The notes beneath the pieces were generated by a model, which had not been told where the DNA came from, did not search any database, and saw only the letters and a program-made list of their open reading frames with translations. Positions 53,549 to 57,118 of a stretch of DNA of 57,118 nucleotides are shown here, piece after piece. The position numbers and the translations under genes were made by a program. The DNA comes from an uncultured Candidatus Saccharibacteria bacterium (GTDB taxonomy: Bacteria; Patescibacteriota; Minisyncoccia; Minisyncoccales; PWPS01), in the NCBI GenBank assembly GCA_964435025.1, contig CAYSXL010000001.1:1-57118 (forward strand), in the 5' to 3' direction. Each line of letters begins with the position of its first letter. Positions within the stretch are counted from its first letter, which is position 1.

Positions 53549-54721
53549 TTATTTATTACTTATTATTTCTATCGCCTTTTCAAGTTGCGGATCTCTATCC
53601 TTTTCAACATCTTCCTCGGTAATATCAATCTCAAAATCGGGAGCAATCCCCTTTTCTTCAATTATCTGCTCATCGGGAGTAAGAAAGTATTCTTCCGTTA
53701 TTTTTAAAGTCGATCTGTCGCTTAGAGAATGCAATCCTTGAATGGAGCCCTTACCGAATGAGTTCTTTCCGACAATCGGTATTTCTCTATGATCTCTTAG
53801 TGCTCCGGCAACTATTTCCGACGCCGATGCCGTTCCTTCGTTGATAAGTACAACCACGGGATATTCCAAGAAATAGGGTGGCGTGGTTGTTGTTTTTAAA
53901 CGACTCATTTGCTTGTCGTCCGTTCCGGTTTTGATAACAACTACACTACCCGATTCAACAAAACGGCTCGCAACTCCTATTGCTGCCCTAAAAGTGCCCC
54001 CGGGATTGTTTCTTAAATCCAAGATAATCTTTTCCGCCGGGCTGTTAGCTATTTCTCTCGATACTTTGGTGAAATCGACTACGATATTTTCATTGAAATG
54101 GAAAAGTTCCAGGTGAGCAATATCCTTCTCTAAAATTTCCCACTCAATGGACGGTATCTCGATAGTATCGCGAATAATTTCTATCTCTTTCTTTTCTCCG
54201 TTACGCATAATCTCAAGGGCAACACTCTCTCCCTTGGGACCTCTTATTTTAGCGACTGCTTCTTGGATGGAAATTCCTTCCGTGTCTTCTCCATCAATTT
54301 TAGTAATAACGTCTTGTGATTTTATTCCGGCCTTGTAGGCGGGAGTATTTTTCAAGGGAGAAATAACTTGTAATCCCCTGTCACGGATGCCTATTTCCAT
54401 ACCCACACCTTCGAATTCCCCGGCGACATCCTCCATAAAAATCTTGCTTTCTTCTTTGTCGAAAAAGGATGTATGCGGGTCTTCCAGGGCGCCTATAAGC
54501 CCCCTGATGGTACCGTGAACCAGTGTTTCCTCCTCTACTTCCTTAAATTCGGGAAACTTCTCTTCCAAGAGGTAATAGGTTTCGTAAAGAAGCGAAAGAT
54601 CCATTTCTCCTGAAGGGTCGATAAATACTTTTTGGCTTTCTCCTACAAAAAAACCGGAGGCAAAGGCTATTGCTCCGACAATAATTAATATTAAAAGATA
54701 ACCGGCATTTATCTTTTTCAT
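53549..54721 (-). CDS. ctpA: Carboxyl-terminal processing protease (peptidase S41) with a PDZ domain
   Basis: PDZ segment GLQVISPLKNTPAYKAGIKSQDVI, the catalytic Ser region GTASASEI, and the Lys region GKNSFGKGS. The N-terminal signal anchor starts at MKKINAGYLL (54721). Confidence 0.85.
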   Translation of the reverse strand: MKKINAGYLLILIIVGAIAFASGFFVGESQKVFIDPSGEMDLSLLYETYYLLEEKFPEFKEVEEETLVHGTIRGLIGALEDPHTSFFDKEESKIFMEDVAGEFEGVGMEIGIRDRGLQVISPLKNTPAYKAGIKSQDVITKIDGEDTEGISIQEAVAKIRGPKGESVALEIMRNGEKKEIEIIRDTIEIPSIEWEILEKDIAHLELFHFNENIVVDFTKVSREIANSPAEKIILDLRNNPGGTFRAAIGVASRFVESGSVVVIKTGTDDKQMSRLKTTTTPPYFLEYPVVVLINEGTASASEIVAGALRDHREIPIVGKNSFGKGSIQGLHSLSDRSTLKITEEYFLTPDEQIIEEKGIAPDFEIDITEEDVEKDRDPQLEKAIEIISNK

Positions 54722-54781
54722 CAAGAGAAATATATCACAAAAAAAATGCGATGACAAATTCTGTGAATTAGTTATTTTGTA

Positions 54782-54898
54782 TTACCAATCGATTTTATAG
54801 AATCTTAACCTGTAAAATATTGTCGAGAACACCATTGCCAAAATCAATAAAAAAAGTATGCCTATAGCTATTTTTCTTTTGACTTCTTCCTTCTTCAT
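54782..54898 (-). CDS. Possible small membrane protein (38 aa)
   Basis: MKKEEVKRKIAIGILFLLILAMVFSTIFYRLRFYKIDW has one TM helix. It lies between the AMMECR1 gene and ctpA on the same strand. Too short to be sure. Confidence 0.3.
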   Translation of the reverse strand: MKKEEVKRKIAIGILFLLILAMVFSTIFYRLRFYKIDW

Positions 54899-54913
54899 AA
54901 TGTTAAAAATATT

Positions 54914-55432
54914 TTATTCGTGTTTTTCCGCGGTAAAGCGATAAATAGCCACGTTCTCTTTTTCCGGATCCATCCCTCCTTTTTGGCAAGCGATAAAAAA
55001 CTGTTGTTCCGGACTGTCTATGCCCGGCAAACCGGGTAAGAGAAGAGCGCTTTTATTAAATTCGGATTTAAGGAAAATGCCAAACTTTTCCGGATTAAGA
55101 TTAGAGAGGTTTTTGATTTTTTCCGGCGGGTTTAATATATAGACGGAAAAAATAAGAGTTTCCGGCTCTTTTTCTTTAACGGGACCAAAGCGAGCATCTT
55201 TTGTTGCTGCGGCAATAGCGTTATAAATGATTTCTCCGGCTATATTTTCTCTTGTCGGCAAGTAGGTACCGATACACCCCCTTAATCCCCCGTGTTTGTT
55301 TTTAATGGTAACAAAAACACCTGCCTTTTTTGTAAAAAAGTGTTTCGGAAGTTCTTTTGGAGGTGATATTATCTCTCCTTCCCCAACATATCTTTTTACC
55401 GCCTCTTTGGCGAGCGATACATAATGGTTCAT
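54914..55432 (-). CDS. AMMECR1-domain protein (AmmeMemoRadiSam system protein A type)
   Basis: GVFVTIK....LRGCIGT motif, about 170 aa. Confidence 0.85.
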   Translation of the reverse strand: MNHYVSLAKEAVKRYVGEGEIISPPKELPKHFFTKKAGVFVTIKNKHGGLRGCIGTYLPTRENIAGEIIYNAIAAATKDARFGPVKEKEPETLIFSVYILNPPEKIKNLSNLNPEKFGIFLKSEFNKSALLLPGLPGIDSPEQQFFIACQKGGMDPEKENVAIYRFTAEKHE

Positions 55433-56055
55433 GGCCTTTGTAATTTAAGATCCGCTGTTAAATAACCGACACCGAGAGGTCCTTCGTAAGAAAGAATTTC
55501 CGGATTATAATTCATACCTGATTCCTCCAGTACTCCCAAAAGGGCACAAAAAGAACGGAGTCCGCACTCCCCTGCCCCGGGGTACATATTTTCCAGTTGT
55601 AAAATTTCTTGGACATTCTTTTTACTTAGTGCTTCCACAAGTTTCTCGTCAAATTTTAGTCCGTCTTCACGGAATCCGTAAGGACCATCTTCTCTTAAGT
55701 GATGAGAGAGGTCTCCACTTGCAATAAGAGCGATTTTTGATTCGGAATTTATAATTTTTGAATTAAATAACTCTTTTCCTTTTTTATAATAAAACGAGGG
55801 TGAGTTTGCTCCGGTTAAATTTTTTTCAATTCTTCCCCGGAAATCTTTTGCAAGAAAATATAAAGGTACGTTGAATCCCCAGTCGGGGTGTGGCGAAAAA
55901 ATTATTATGAGATCGGCTCCCGAAACTTCCATTCTTTTTCCGAGTTCCTCAAGCTTCTCAATTGTTTTTTTTACCTTTTCTTTATCCTCGTCGCTTCCGA
56001 CGGAAGGAAGAAGTAACGGAGGATGAGGAGCAATACATGCGAAAGTAATTGGCAT
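55429..56055 (-). CDS. LigB/Memo-superfamily (class III extradiol dioxygenase-like) protein
   Basis: MPITFACIAPHPPLLLP, IIFSPH, and ASGDLSHHL, which fit His-rich metal-site patterns. ATG 56055 lies 8 nt after the upstream stop; the ORF-track extension to 56094 is unlikely. Confidence 0.7.
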   Translation of the reverse strand: MPITFACIAPHPPLLLPSVGSDEDKEKVKKTIEKLEELGKRMEVSGADLIIIFSPHPDWGFNVPLYFLAKDFRGRIEKNLTGANSPSFYYKKGKELFNSKIINSESKIALIASGDLSHHLREDGPYGFREDGLKFDEKLVEALSKKNVQEILQLENMYPGAGECGLRSFCALLGVLEESGMNYNPEILSYEGPLGVGYLTADLKLQRP

Positions 56056-56063
56056 ACTTTGTA

Positions 56064-57077
56064 TTATATAATTAAATTTAAATCTTTTCCGCACTCTTTA
56101 CACTTTCCCATTTTGTCATGTCGGGAGAGAAAGTGACCGGATCTTTCTATTGCCAAAGTTTTGCACACCGGGCAAAAAGTGCTTGATAACGAAGCATCTC
56201 CCGTGTTTCCAACATAAACATACTGTAATCCTTCTTTTTTCCCCGTATCGTAGGCAGTTTGGAGCGTGGTTTCGGGTGTCTGCGGGAGATGTTTTAATTT
56301 CCAAGAAAGTTCTCCGGAAAAACGGCTGATATGCCAGGGAGTGTCCGGTCCCAATTCTTTTTTTATAAATTTGGCAATGTCGGTAAAGTTTTTGTACGAA
56401 TCTGATAAAGTGGGAAGTACAAGAGTGGTAATCTCTACGGAAGCACTGTGTTTTTTGAGCGATTTAGCCGTTTCCAAAACCGGAGCCAGTCTTGCGCCGC
56501 AGTTTTCCCTGTAAAAATTATCGGAAAAACTTTTAATGTCTATATTCACTCCGTCAAGATACGGAAGAACTAAATTAAGTGCTTCTTTTGACAAGAATCC
56601 GTTGGAAACCCATATATTCTTCAACCCTTTTTCTTTCGCTAATTTCATTGTATCCAGAGCGTATTCCAAGAATACCGTCGGCTCGACATAGGTATAGGAG
56701 ATAGAGTTTAAATTATTTTGAATTGCGATATCTATCAACTCCTTGGGAGAAATTTCCTTGCCCGGAATAATCTTTTCGTTTCTGTAATTTTGAGAAATAT
56801 CGAAATTCTGGCAGTTTTTGCATCTCATATTGCATCCGACAGTGGATACGGAAAGAGTTTTTGTTCCCGGCAAAAAATGAAATAGCGGTTTTTTTTCTAC
56901 AGGATCGATGTTACAGGCGACGAGTTTTCCGTAATTTAATACATACAGTGTGCCATCGATATTCTCCCTCACTCCGCACACTCCCCTTTTTCCGGAAAAT
57001 AGATTGCAATAATGAGCGCAATTATTGCACCGTATAGCCCTTTTCGGAAGTTTTTTATACAAATACACTTCCTTCAT
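56064..57077 (-). CDS. Radical SAM enzyme, AmmeMemoRadiSam-system / PflA-like activase type
   Basis: N-terminal Cys-rich RCNNCAHYC...GVCGVR, the radical-SAM CNMRCKNCQN (CxxxCxxC), and a C-terminal CPVC...CKEC. Confidence 0.85.
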   Translation of the reverse strand: MKEVYLYKKLPKRAIRCNNCAHYCNLFSGKRGVCGVRENIDGTLYVLNYGKLVACNIDPVEKKPLFHFLPGTKTLSVSTVGCNMRCKNCQNFDISQNYRNEKIIPGKEISPKELIDIAIQNNLNSISYTYVEPTVFLEYALDTMKLAKEKGLKNIWVSNGFLSKEALNLVLPYLDGVNIDIKSFSDNFYRENCGARLAPVLETAKSLKKHSASVEITTLVLPTLSDSYKNFTDIAKFIKKELGPDTPWHISRFSGELSWKLKHLPQTPETTLQTAYDTGKKEGLQYVYVGNTGDASLSSTFCPVCKTLAIERSGHFLSRHDKMGKCKECGKDLNLII

Positions 57078-57118
57078 GTAAATTTACGTATTGTATTTAA
57101 TACAGCACACCTTTCTCT

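Noticed and set aside
1-57118. Alternative genetic code (UGA as Gly, code 25), as in some CPR lineages
   Set aside because: TGA terminates several well-defined genes exactly where the next gene starts (1943-1945, 21012-21014, 22311-22313, 32419-21). Conserved proteins also have normal lengths under code 11.

Overview
This is a 57.1-kb, AT-rich (roughly 38-40% GC by eye), very densely packed bacterial chromosomal segment. About 60 genes sit with many 1-30 nt overlaps, and one long co-directional + strand array runs from ~11.3 to 34.5 kb. TGA is used as a normal stop, so this is code 11, not the UGA-recoding code 25. The gene content suggests a CPR/Patescibacteria-like genome, but that is inference only. 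Supporting hints are domain-minimised housekeeping enzymes, an archaeal-type PPAT-like gene, GerMN and SurA-N membrane paralogs, many small proteins with a TM anchor and polyacidic tail, and a partial dcw cluster.

Recognisable blocks:
- 1.3-3.2 kb: transglutaminase-like protein and U32-family protein.
- 3.2-9.9 kb: an alpha-glucan/glycogen cluster (HAD phosphatase, GT4, GH57, eukaryote-type GT3 glycogen synthase, GH133 debranching-type enzyme).
- 9.9-11.2 kb: a stand-alone OLD-family ATPase/Toprim nuclease.
- 11.3-13.5 kb: envelope proteins.
- 13.6-28.9 kb: a DNA-repair-rich stretch (nfo, WYL-like protein, PAS histidine kinase, UvrD-type helicase-nuclease, dinB, xseAB, a second UvrD helicase, a Cas4-like nuclease, UDG4). 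It is interrupted by gdh and two SurA-N proteins.
- 28.9-34.5 kb: truB, mscS, a CPA2 antiporter, SpoIIM-like protein, pgeF, galU.
- 34.5-36.5 kb: fmt preceded by two unknown genes.
- 36.6-49.6 kb: thpR, murC, tig, a receiver-only response regulator, aspS, dac, mraY, murD, ftsW, murG, gltX.
- 49.6-50.9 kb: a structured, tandemly duplicated non-coding region directly upstream of a lone tyrosine recombinase.
- 51.2-57.1 kb: rpmA, pyrG, rplI, ctpA and an AMMECR1 / LigB-like / radical-SAM trio.

I saw no rRNA, tRNA, CRISPR array, transposase or reverse transcriptase.

The least explained signal is the repeat and hairpin architecture at 49592-49881 next to the recombinase. Other candidates for follow-up are the WYL-like / kinase / helicase-nuclease / DinB coupled genes, the orphan integrase-SAM-like gene plus 94-aa gene upstream of fmt, and the eukaryote-type glycogen cluster.

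All functional calls rest on motifs I recognised by eye in the supplied translations. No database search was run.
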